NCBI GenBank assembly: GCA_038858525.1
Contig: JAWCFL010000015.1
Location: forward strand, 15,623-47,622
DNA from: Candidatus Jordarchaeales archaeon
Lineage (GTDB): Archaea; Asgardarchaeota; Jordiarchaeia; Jordiarchaeales; Freyrarchaeaceae
Direction of reading: 5' to 3'
DNA length: 32,000 nucleotides
The position numbers were made by a program, and so were the translations under genes. The notes under the pieces are model-generated. The model was not told where the DNA came from, did no database searches, and worked only from the letters and a program-made list of their open reading frames with translations. This document shows positions 1-9,275 of the stretch, one piece after another (position 1 is the first letter of the stretch; each line of letters begins with the position of its first letter).

Positions 1-618
1 ACGGCAAGAATTGAGAAAAACATACGAGAGAGGATCCCCCATCATTATTCGGTATGTTGAGAAAAAGTTGAGATTTATAGTCACGTACCACGTTAGGATG
101 ACATCTCTTTCAACGTAACGGTGAGTTACTCCAATGTTTGGTAACCCTAACCTATTCACCTTTTTTCTTGACGTGTCTATAAAGGAAGTCATCTTTGCAG
201 TAGAAAATTTTCGGGGTGTTGTAGTCAAAAAACACCGCCCTCTTTATCAGGGTGTTACAAACGAACGGTGTCTCCCTTTATATAGACTGGTTTTATCTTG
301 CTAGTAACATTCTTGTAAGGCTTCAATATGTATGTCGTCATCTGTGCATACTGTTGAAACGGCTACAACATTTGGATACTTGGTAAACTTGCTAACAACG
401 TCAAACCGGTTTGATGGGATTTCGACGTCATCGTCGAACATAGTTATCCATTCGGTTTTGCATTTCATTGCTCCTTATCTTTCTCGGCTATAGACAATGG
501 TTTCGAAGTCTCAAATACAATATTGTTAACCCATGGAGCATTCGCAAGAACCTTTATCAAATTAGGATTTACTATTTGATGGGTCTTTGGTTGGGATTAA
601 AACATCAATCTTGTCCAT
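1..618 (-). pseudogene. Decayed GT2-family glycosyltransferase with several frameshifts; the 3' extent is uncertain and may run off the window
   Basis: ATG at 618 reads MDKIDVLIPTKD. After frameshifts the minus strand gives VFETSKPLSIA / RKIGAMKCKTEWITMFDDDVEIP (GT2 'ARNxG...DDD' motif) and NTLIKRAVF...KDDFLYRHVKKKG. No continuous ORF remains. Confidence 0.65.
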
Positions 619-917
619 TGCAAGCAATAATATGCATTCGAACTTAAAAGTTAATGTGCCACAAGTAAAAGTTCTGCTCCAGCTTAATTTCGTTAAACTG
701 CTTGGGAGTATAACGCCGAGTGGCTTCCTCCCACTAGCTGCTATCATTTATTCATTACTGTTACCAAGACTCTGTCATTCGAAGATCGAGAGCTTAGTTC
801 TTAATATACCCTCCTTTTACCGTAAGAAACCCTGTTTTTGCATTTTTAGGTATTTTAATGATAATGAAAAAACCGTGTTTTACATCACTATCAATCTATT
901 GGCTTAGATTGTCGATT

Positions 918-2432
918 TTATTTAGGTAGGACGAAAGTTATGATGTGAAAATTGTCAATTTTATCGAGTTTGTAAAGGTCAAAACCAGCTTCTTTTGTTA
1001 TCTCTATGCATTTTTCAAGAATAGTTTTGTCTTCTTCATGCAAAATCGTTGTAAAATACCGAGATGACTTAAGGACGCGGCGCATTTCAAGGACGAATCT
1101 AGTGTACATGTCTAAGTATTTCTTTAGATCTTTTCCTTGTCTAGGATTCACTACAAACTCCTTTTCGAAATCCAGTTCCTCTTTCATCCATGAAGTATAG
1201 AAGGTGCTCAATTCAAAGAATTGCGCTTCGTCCGTGTGAGGCGGATCCGTTATAACATAGTCAACGGAGTTATCGGGTAATGAGAGCTTTGCTGCATCAT
1301 CTAAAAGAAAGGCTACGTCAGCTTTTTTTCCAAGTACTTCTGCGTTTCCTCCCTCTTTTCGCTTACATTGACAAGAAGATAGCTTGTGTATAAGGTCATT
1401 TGCCGCTCTTATAAAGACGTAGAATGGATTTCTAATTACATACTTGCGAGGTATCCAATAGCTGTTTATTGGCCAGGTGCCTCCAGAAGGCCTATTCATT
1501 TTACTGCTCCTTGCAAGAGTTGCCATGAAAATTAGGTGTAAACACTTTTTTGTAGTGTATGAAACGTTTATTTCGTTGATCTTGTGCCAAAGGTATGATA
1601 GGAAAGCAAGAGTTCGGCTGTCAAAAAACTCGTGAACACGTTCCACATCTCTCTTCTTTAAAAATGGTTTCCCATCAGGATACCTCAGTTCAGTTTTTGG
1701 ATACCAATATGCCGGGCGAATAGGATCCTCAATCAGCCACTCAGGCTCACAAAAACCATTTATTTCCGTTCTCCCGCAAATACATGGTTTAACATAATTA
1801 ATCTCAATGGGTAAAACTTGTTCTGTAACAGCACCCATTTTAATTAAACCTTTTAGCGCATTGGTGACTCCATTTTTCTGTATGTCAGACAGTTGTTCCA
1901 CAAGCTTTTCATGTGTTACAAAATCACTTTCTCTAATTTTTTCCAGTACCTTTCTTCGCAGCTTGGTAGCTTTTTCAGGCTCAAAATTAAACATGTAAAA
2001 CCTAGTAAAAATTATAGACTTTACCTCTGCTATTTCGCCACAAGGGCACTTTATTGAAAAAAGTTCTTTTCTGCTAACTTTTATCTTCTTCTCTCCAGTA
2101 ACAACCTCGATTTCTTCATCCTGAACAATGACGTCTATAACCTTTTTCAGCTCTTCGACATCGCAACCCAAAATAGTTCCCTCTGCAATAAGCTTAGCGA
2201 ATGAATTAAGGTCGACATAAATAGCTCTTCTTCCTAATTCAAGAGCTACCTTCACTATGTTTCCGCTTCCGGCAAACGGGTCAAGAACCACCTCACCCTC
2301 CTTCGTGAACTCTTCAATATATTTTGACACCATAAAAGGCGGCTTCCTCCCCCAGTACCTCACCAACTTAGGACTATCGACAACCATTTTTGTCACCATA
2401 CTAATTAAATTAGTGGCTTTGCATGCCTCCAT
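918..2432 (-). CDS. Amino (N6-A/N4-C) DNA methyltransferase with Zn-ribbon, alpha-like motif order (COG1743-like); likely start 2399
   Basis: YWGRKPP, motif I VLDPFAGSG, IYVDLN, two CxC pairs (KCPCG, PCICG) and a motif IV-like VITDPPH followed by DEAQFFELSTFYTSW. Last gene of the overlapped operon. Confidence 0.88.
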   Translation of the reverse strand: MEACKATNLISMVTKMVVDSPKLVRYWGRKPPFMVSKYIEEFTKEGEVVLDPFAGSGNIVKVALELGRRAIYVDLNSFAKLIAEGTILGCDVEELKKVIDVIVQDEEIEVVTGEKKIKVSRKELFSIKCPCGEIAEVKSIIFTRFYMFNFEPEKATKLRRKVLEKIRESDFVTHEKLVEQLSDIQKNGVTNALKGLIKMGAVTEQVLPIEINYVKPCICGRTEINGFCEPEWLIEDPIRPAYWYPKTELRYPDGKPFLKKRDVERVHEFFDSRTLAFLSYLWHKINEINVSYTTKKCLHLIFMATLARSSKMNRPSGGTWPINSYWIPRKYVIRNPFYVFIRAANDLIHKLSSCQCKRKEGGNAEVLGKKADVAFLLDDAAKLSLPDNSVDYVITDPPHTDEAQFFELSTFYTSWMKEELDFEKEFVVNPRQGKDLKKYLDMYTRFVLEMRRVLKSSRYFTTILHEEDKTILEKCIEITKEAGFDLYKLDKIDNFHIITFVLPK

Positions 2433-4519
2433 AATTCATCGAATTCTTCTTTAAATCTTTTAGTTCCATGCAAACTACAATCAATAATTAAATTTTCAAC
2501 GTTTGAATCCAAACCACTAATTGTAAAATTAAATGACCCATGAAGTAGTATTACGCCGTCTACCAGCATACCCTTCGCATGTAGTTCCTCCATAATTCTC
2601 CCTTGAAAAAGAGGAGAGTACTTTTTCGAGGCTTCAGTCAGTCTATTTATACTTTGAACTTGCACTTCGTTATCAGGGTCGATCTTCGTAAGTATACGAA
2701 TTTTCAAATCTCTCTCTTCAGCTAATTTAACCAAGTTTTCAACTATTTCCGGAGATATCCATGGACTAACCAAATCGATATTACTTTTAGCGGCTGATAG
2801 CGCTTCTTCAAATTCCTTCTTAACTCCTTTTCTTAATGGAAATGAGCACACTGGTTGTTTTATCATGATTAACATTTTTTCAAGAACTGCTTTAAGCACT
2901 CTTTCACTAACAAGGAATGGTTGATCGAATGGTAGGAAGGTACACCCTCTCTCCATCATTACACACAACTGACAACCATCCCAACAATGCGGCCCCTTAG
3001 CCAAGAGATCATCCAACAAAGACCTTTCTTCTTCAGAAAGTCCTGAAAGGGTTTTCACTATTGCTTTACGAATAGAATTGACATGCGGATAAATCATTGT
3101 ATTAGGAAATGAGTTATAATAGGCTTTGAGTATTAAATCGACGAGTCTCTTACAATCTCTTTGAAAGAAGTCTAACTTATTCAAATTTGTCAATTTTTTC
3201 TGAACTCTATCCTCACAATTTTCACTAAGTCCTCTTAATGCGGCAGAGACGAGCTCTTCAAGCATATTAGTCCCCTGAATTCTTTCAACGAAACTTTTTA
3301 GGTATCCAAACCCTCCTATTGCTGTTTCAAAAAAAATCACTCTGATTTTTTCAGGAGACTCCCCCAGAACACGTAGCTTTGGATGCTCTATATAATAACT
3401 GATATCTTCAGTTTTACATCCAAATTTTGCAACTAAAGCATCTTTAAGCACATGTGCCAAACTATGAAGAAACAAAATGCTAGCAAAATCCACAAGATCA
3501 GGAGTAATTTTCCCCCTTCGAACATCTTCGACTATTTCATTCACGGACTTGTCATGTTTCATATCTTGAACGACTTGCTCAACTATCTTGTCAAGCTTAT
3601 TGAACCCTTTAAACCCTTTCCTCTCAGGTATAAACTCATGTTCTTTTTCTTCTCCCATATACAATCTGTATTTTAGAATGACCCACCTAGCAACTTCATT
3701 ATTTGATGATAGAACATCTTCGATTAATTCATATAGAGGTTCAAGCATAAATTCCAATTCAATTGCATGCACATTGCTTATTTCGAATCCCAAACCTTCT
3801 TTGAGGAAAACCGTGGGGTACGTTGGCATCCATTTAATTTTTGGGGAAAAAACAACTCCATTAATAAACATCTTAAAGCTGGCATGGTCAGTGAATCTCA
3901 AAATAGCTAACGGTTTACTCTCATATCTAATAGTTAATATTGGTAAAAAAGTGAATCCTCCGACATGTTCATCAAATTTTTTCCGAATTTGGGGATACAC
4001 GTTAAAGAGACTTGAATAGGAAACAGGTCCCTTAGAGTAATATCTACACTGACTTCCTTTTGTATTCAGATAAGGACAATCCTTTTTCTGCGGACAGCTC
4101 TGCTGAGAAGACAATAAGGTCCACCCGAGCACGCAATAATAACCTGAGTTAAGGGCAGACCAGCTAAATTCCATATATGTTGGAGGGAAATCCCAATGAC
4201 CATATTTAACATTTTCTCGTATATAAATGTACGAGCGATCCTCATCTTTTTGAAATGTAATAGCGTACAATTGATATGGATGGAGAACCGTTTTGAAAAA
4301 ACGAGGCGATATGGATACTTTAAACGAATTTTTGCAGCTTTTTGAGCGCCACTCAAGTTGCGAAGTAGTTTTAATTTTAAAGTAGGCTAGTGGTGTTAGT
4401 ATAAGTGTGTAATGTTTTTCAGCTTCAGCTCTCAAAAGCTTAAAGGGAGTGAATGTGTAAAGAGCTTGGATTCCTTGCCTTTGTATGGGTCGTTTGTCGA
4501 ATATCTCACCTCTCGTCAT
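2405..4519 (-). CDS. DUF1998 (MrfA Zn-binding-like) domain protein fused to a C-terminal single-HKD phospholipase D-family nuclease (DrmB+DrmC-like or DpdJ C-terminus+DpdK-like)
   Basis: LHSLAHVLKDAL, FFETAIGGFGYL and HCWDGCQLC form the DUF1998 signature. The C-terminal ~150 aa have LVSPWIS, LHAKGMLVD (HxKxxxxD) and GSFNFT. ATGA overlap with the helicase at 4516-4519. Confidence 0.85.
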   Translation of the reverse strand: MTRGEIFDKRPIQRQGIQALYTFTPFKLLRAEAEKHYTLILTPLAYFKIKTTSQLEWRSKSCKNSFKVSISPRFFKTVLHPYQLYAITFQKDEDRSYIYIRENVKYGHWDFPPTYMEFSWSALNSGYYCVLGWTLLSSQQSCPQKKDCPYLNTKGSQCRYYSKGPVSYSSLFNVYPQIRKKFDEHVGGFTFLPILTIRYESKPLAILRFTDHASFKMFINGVVFSPKIKWMPTYPTVFLKEGLGFEISNVHAIELEFMLEPLYELIEDVLSSNNEVARWVILKYRLYMGEEKEHEFIPERKGFKGFNKLDKIVEQVVQDMKHDKSVNEIVEDVRRGKITPDLVDFASILFLHSLAHVLKDALVAKFGCKTEDISYYIEHPKLRVLGESPEKIRVIFFETAIGGFGYLKSFVERIQGTNMLEELVSAALRGLSENCEDRVQKKLTNLNKLDFFQRDCKRLVDLILKAYYNSFPNTMIYPHVNSIRKAIVKTLSGLSEEERSLLDDLLAKGPHCWDGCQLCVMMERGCTFLPFDQPFLVSERVLKAVLEKMLIMIKQPVCSFPLRKGVKKEFEEALSAAKSNIDLVSPWISPEIVENLVKLAEERDLKIRILTKIDPDNEVQVQSINRLTEASKKYSPLFQGRIMEELHAKGMLVDGVILLHGSFNFTISGLDSNVENLIIDCSLHGTKRFKEEFDELWRHAKPLI

Positions 4520-7386
4520 GCTTCCTCAACCCCTACTAACTCGAAATCAGGTGATGGTGTTTCTAATAACAATGAAAAGTGAATTTTTCCTTCAAAAAGC
4601 AAATTTAGTACTTGAAATAAATCAAACTTATACCCAAGCATAAGACTTGGTTCATTCTTTATTCGTTCAAAAGCCTCCTTCGCGTCAATTACTTCTAAGT
4701 CAACTGACTGAATTTTATCAAGCTTGGGAAAAATTTCGTCCAGAAGCCTAACCAGATCCGTACGTTCATCCCCTAATTCAGTTAGCTTATGTATAAACTT
4801 ATTAAGGTCAGAAGAGTAGCCCGGTACAACTAATTGGATTATAATATTGCGCGTCTCATCGAGATTCATCAATTTGTCTTTAGCACTTTTAAAGACATCT
4901 GTATTCTCCCGTAACCACTTATTTATAGGATGACTTTTCTTGCTCTTTATTGCTTCATCTATTGCTTTTTGAAGACTAGAAATCCTTGGAAGAATTAAAT
5001 CGATTGTCTGAGTAACTTCTCCTAATTTTTCTCTGAATTTTTCTCCAACTTCCGATAGAACCATGTTGTTCGAGGAAATGATGTCATCTAACGCATCGAC
5101 TAAGTTTTTTATTTTCTCCTTTATTTTCTTAGCCTGCTTTTTGCTATTCTCTATTAATGTTTTAATCTCACTTACTTCACTTACTTTTTCATATTGTTTC
5201 GTTCCTGCTCGCAACTTTCTTAGTCCGTTAAGAAGTGGATCTAACAATTTGATGAATTCATTAATGGAATCTTTCAGTACTTCCTCTTCAAAAAGCTTCA
5301 CTTCCCTATTGAAATCGGGCAGGTTTTCCAGATCATTTCTAATTTCTTCTAGGCAATCTATCATGTTTTTATCTGCACTTATGCCTTCAGTGTCTATATC
5401 GATGTATGTTTTTTTGTTTTCTAGTGTACGCTTTAGAAGAAGGAGTGAAAGAGTGTGCTGCAACTGTATATTGTGACTTGCTTTGCCTATGCGTAGAGGC
5501 GGCAAAAAACTAATGCTTTCTAAAGTTTCTCTTAGCCGCTCATCAAACATATAAAGTGTACTTAGAGGCAGCGCTGGGAATACTATAATTCCTAGGGCAA
5601 TCCGATAACACGACAAATTTCTTCCAGCTCTTCCTACTCTCTGGACAACGCCTTCCGGTGTTAGCGGAAGCTTATGCTGGATTATAACTGCAACATCCGA
5701 GAGGTCTATACCTAGCTCAAGAGTCGATGTAGATAATAGCATTCGTTTTTCGCCTCTAACAAATGCGCTTTCTATTTCTGCTCTTTTTTCTAATGAAAGG
5801 CCGCCGTAATGCATATCTATACTTTGCTTATAACAATTCAGAACGAAATTTTTGAATACGGATAAATTACTACAGGTTCTTTCCGGGGCTAGTGTGATCC
5901 AACAATAATCATTAACCGGAGACTTATCTGTATTAAATATGTGATCCGTGATTTCTCTTCCTTTTCTAACTCCCAATATAGTTGTGTGTACGTAATCTAT
6001 CATAGTGCTTATTTCAGAAATGCTATCAATGAATGTTATACCTTTCATGTTATTCCTGTGACACCACAAAGTAACTGCAAGGATCAAAGCTTCTGTCAAT
6101 GTTTCAATATCTTTGTCTGGATGCGGTAAAAGATAGAGATAAAGAAGAATACGATTAGATCTTTTCCCGGGGGCATTTTTGAGTGCTTCCTGAAAATCGA
6201 TGTAAAAAAGTTCGGTCTCGCTTATTCCAGCTAAAGAAGCAATAAACTCTTTAGGATTAGAAATGGTAGCTGATGAAAAAACAAAAGTGGGAGGATGCCC
6301 GCGTTGGCTTGCGACAAATCTCAACATTTTTAAGATATAGCTAATATGTTCACCTAGGAAATGAGTGTACACGTGTGCTTCATCAATGACAACAAAATCC
6401 ACATCATTAAATAAATTGACACTTCTTGACGACAATAACCTTCTATAGATTATCCACATGTTTGTTATAAGAATGGTCGGCTTTTTTTCCCATATATCGT
6501 CTTTAGTCGGTATAATGTAAGTATATTCTTTCCCACAATTGTTACATACCACCAGATTTCTTCCTCTTTGCGATTTAATTATGAGCTCACCTTCTTCACA
6601 ATACACACAATTTAACTTTCGAAAGCTAGCACCATCTTCTGCACTTCTCTTTCTGGGAGTATCGCTATCATCTATCCCTATAGTTATGACGTCTTTTCCG
6701 TTAGCTCGTAAGTCCAAATTTACATTATCGAGAAATTTTAAGAGTAACCGAAGCTGATCCCTTTCTAGAGCTTTCCTCGGGTAAATAAGAAGACATGCTA
6801 CCCCGCCTCTGCCATTTATAATTCTCTCAATTGACCTTACAAGCAAAGGTATGAGAAAAGCAAGTGTTTTCCCTGAGGCAGTCGGTGCAACTATTGAAAC
6901 ATTCTTGTAAGAGCCAGAAAGGAGCTCCTTAATTATTGAATATTGATAACTAGACAGTCCCTTATATCCTGCTCGAGATAGTGTATTGGTCAGACACTCT
7001 ATAACCAAGCTGGGCGAATTAATTTCTTGGAGAATTTCACTTATCTTGTACCTCCCAAAGTCAGGCACGAGCTCTTTTCTTAAAACTATTTTGAATTCCA
7101 GCGGTATAGGATCCTGGCGTTCTAAGTTTCTGACTTGAATTAAACGGTATATTAAATCAAAATGCGTTGTTCGATAACAGTCTTGGTCAAACGGAATAAT
7201 AAGTCCCTTAGAAACTAAATCAGAAATATTTATCGTTTGACTTATCGCTAAAATGTCCTCGCTGGTGAGGAAAGTCTGAGGGGCACTGAATTTGAATGAA
7301 TTGCGCTCAAGTTTTTCATATTCCAGTTCCACCAACCTTTGATAAGTATCTGCTAATTCTTCATTTATTATGCTCATCGCACTCAT
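4516..7386 (-). CDS. SF2 DEAH-box helicase of the YprA/Hrq1/DpdJ/DruE/DrmA-like group, without a fused DUF1998; possible start 7377
   Basis: Q motif LSSYQ, I APTASGKT, Ia YPRKALERDQ, a CxxC...CxxC Zn insert, II VIDEAHVY, III SATISNP, HYGGL, V STSTLELGID, VI QRVGRAGR, and a long helical C-terminal region. Confidence 0.92.
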   Translation of the reverse strand: MSAMSIINEELADTYQRLVELEYEKLERNSFKFSAPQTFLTSEDILAISQTINISDLVSKGLIIPFDQDCYRTTHFDLIYRLIQVRNLERQDPIPLEFKIVLRKELVPDFGRYKISEILQEINSPSLVIECLTNTLSRAGYKGLSSYQYSIIKELLSGSYKNVSIVAPTASGKTLAFLIPLLVRSIERIINGRGGVACLLIYPRKALERDQLRLLLKFLDNVNLDLRANGKDVITIGIDDSDTPRKRSAEDGASFRKLNCVYCEEGELIIKSQRGRNLVVCNNCGKEYTYIIPTKDDIWEKKPTILITNMWIIYRRLLSSRSVNLFNDVDFVVIDEAHVYTHFLGEHISYILKMLRFVASQRGHPPTFVFSSATISNPKEFIASLAGISETELFYIDFQEALKNAPGKRSNRILLYLYLLPHPDKDIETLTEALILAVTLWCHRNNMKGITFIDSISEISTMIDYVHTTILGVRKGREITDHIFNTDKSPVNDYCWITLAPERTCSNLSVFKNFVLNCYKQSIDMHYGGLSLEKRAEIESAFVRGEKRMLLSTSTLELGIDLSDVAVIIQHKLPLTPEGVVQRVGRAGRNLSCYRIALGIIVFPALPLSTLYMFDERLRETLESISFLPPLRIGKASHNIQLQHTLSLLLLKRTLENKKTYIDIDTEGISADKNMIDCLEEIRNDLENLPDFNREVKLFEEEVLKDSINEFIKLLDPLLNGLRKLRAGTKQYEKVSEVSEIKTLIENSKKQAKKIKEKIKNLVDALDDIISSNNMVLSEVGEKFREKLGEVTQTIDLILPRISSLQKAIDEAIKSKKSHPINKWLRENTDVFKSAKDKLMNLDETRNIIIQLVVPGYSSDLNKFIHKLTELGDERTDLVRLLDEIFPKLDKIQSVDLEVIDAKEAFERIKNEPSLMLGYKFDLFQVLNLLFEGKIHFSLLLETPSPDFELVGVEEA

Positions 7387-8878
7387 CCCAGTGCACAGAA
7401 TTTTTGGGCAAAGAGAAAAATTTTGAAATAGGTATTACGCCTCTTTGAGCTAATTTCAGAGATCTATTAAAGTGCATCAACACACTAGAATCATTAATTG
7501 AAAGATTTAATTTATTTCTTATGATATCCTTAATTTCCATTAAATCCTTTCCTTTTCCTTGGCATTTATTTATCCAAATGGCGATTTTTAATGCTTGAGT
7601 AATATGCATCTTTAACTCGTTTTCTTTTAGTTTAAATAAGTGATCGAAACCATAAAGAGTCAAGAGACTTTCAATTAAGGATGGATGAAGATAAAATAGA
7701 ACATTATTAATGATTTGATAAACGCCTAGACTCTCCAAAATAATTTTAATTCCTTCCCATTTTTGGAGAAGACGAAACGCAATAGTATCCCAATTAAGTT
7801 TATGCTGCTTAAAAAACGGGCTGTGAAAAACGTCTACCATCTCACGTTTTATTTTCTCTAACGTTGCTTCCAGACTTAACGGTTCAGAAGATTCAAGATA
7901 TTTTCGCCTCAACACGATGGAAGCAATAGTTATCACTATATTACTGTATTCATCATCAAACAATGCTGAAGAGTTTAAGGGATACAGTAATATTTGAAAG
8001 GAAGGATGTTTTTGCGTATATTCGTCATATATTCTTATACGCTTTATTATAACTGCCTCAGTTAATGATTTGTTTTCAATGAGATGTGAATTTTCTTTAG
8101 GCAATAAGCAATAACATAATTTGGAATTTAGTGTATTATCGAGTATGTTGACCTTTAATTTAAGATAATGATTTCCTGATGTTTTAACTTGCTTCGGGTC
8201 TAGATAACAGACCGTTTTATGGAGTGTAAAAATATCTAACTGTCTGTCACCAATGATTATGAATGGTGATTCATACCATACAAATTTGTTTGTCAGGTCT
8301 GGGGGGTATAAAGCATTGAATATGTATTTTTTACTCAACTTAAGGGTTGAATCAACGTTGTTGCACCAGATTCTTTCCACAGATTTAAGCCAGGCAAAAT
8401 TAGCCATTGAAATATAGACATTTTTTGATGGAGAAAGAATAGTAAACAGAAAATTTTTGAGACGAAGATATTTTAAACTAGATGGATCTAATATTGCTTG
8501 TTTTTCACCCCAATAGACAGCTGTAAAGATTCTATCAAATGAGAAGCTGTAAACTGGAAGGAAAGATGCTCTTTTGTGAAGTACTACGGGAGTTAGTGAT
8601 AAATCTCGCTTGATCAAATTACGCCATTTAACTTGAGGGAATATTTCTCCAATTTCAAATATAAAGAACAATTTATTTAAATTTGTGGAACTGCAACTAT
8701 CCTTTAGTTGCAATCTAATACAAAAATTCTGTTCATCGATACCTATGCACGGATGTTTATTACTATGAAGAAAATTATATGCACGAAACAAGTATTCCTT
8801 GTAGCTTTTTTGCATTATTTTATTTCCTTTTAAAATGTAATTCATATGCTCCTCAAGAACAACTTTTTCAACGTCCAT
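7361..8878 (-). CDS. Hypothetical protein of ~505 aa, first gene of the helicase/nuclease/methylase operon
   Basis: Long uninterrupted ORF in AT-rich DNA. ATG at 8878 follows a GAGGTGA ribosome-binding site (the track's TTG at 8899 is less likely). The 3' end overlaps the helicase. No recognisable motif. Confidence 0.8.
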   Translation of the reverse strand: MDVEKVVLEEHMNYILKGNKIMQKSYKEYLFRAYNFLHSNKHPCIGIDEQNFCIRLQLKDSCSSTNLNKLFFIFEIGEIFPQVKWRNLIKRDLSLTPVVLHKRASFLPVYSFSFDRIFTAVYWGEKQAILDPSSLKYLRLKNFLFTILSPSKNVYISMANFAWLKSVERIWCNNVDSTLKLSKKYIFNALYPPDLTNKFVWYESPFIIIGDRQLDIFTLHKTVCYLDPKQVKTSGNHYLKLKVNILDNTLNSKLCYCLLPKENSHLIENKSLTEAVIIKRIRIYDEYTQKHPSFQILLYPLNSSALFDDEYSNIVITIASIVLRRKYLESSEPLSLEATLEKIKREMVDVFHSPFFKQHKLNWDTIAFRLLQKWEGIKIILESLGVYQIINNVLFYLHPSLIESLLTLYGFDHLFKLKENELKMHITQALKIAIWINKCQGKGKDLMEIKDIIRNKLNLSINDSSVLMHFNRSLKLAQRGVIPISKFFSLPKNSVHWDECDEHNK

Positions 8879-8914
8879 AAAGCTCCATTCACCTCTCAAA
8901 AAATAGGTGATTGA

Positions 8915-8932
8915 TTTTATATAAACTTTTTG
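8915..8932 (-). promoter_or_regulatory. Archaeal BRE/TATA promoter of the four-gene operon
   Basis: Minus strand reads AAAAAGTTTATATAAAA, about 40 nt upstream of the ATG at 8878. Confidence 0.55.
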
Positions 8933-9275
8933 TCACTTACTAAAGTTGTGTAATAATTTGCTTTCATATAATGAATTTATGAAGAAGTGAATGAGCTCTC
9001 TTTAATGAGTGTTTAAATCGCCCCTAAAACCTGCAAAGTTCTGCGAAATGGTTTCACCCAAGGAGGCGACCAAAGAGGAATTGTACAAAACGCCTAAACC
9101 TTCGGTAGAGGTGAGTTTATAGTGAAGCTGACCTCTCCCGACTTTATAAAGACTCCTCCTGTTAACTGTAATTTAAAATTGAACAATCCGGCTGATTAAA
9201 AATTTGAACTATTATGAAGCGTGGAGCGTTGATGTTTTTAAGAGCAGTAAGTAAGGAGTTGAGTGGTGGAAGTAG

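Noticed and set aside
587-907. 106-aa + strand ORF
   Set aside because: Antisense to the GT2 pseudogene start, no motif, and no convincing ribosome-binding site.
1006-6757. Short + strand ORFs (for example 1006, 1807, 2257, 3452, 3588, 5063, 5941, 6539)
   Set aside because: They are antisense shadows of the long minus-strand defence genes.
918-8899. Labelling the operon as canonical DISARM class 1 or 2, Dpd, or Druantia
   Set aside because: No SNF2 DrmD, no 5mC DrmMII, no dpdABC or other Dru genes, and the domain boundaries differ. Reported as a related variant instead.
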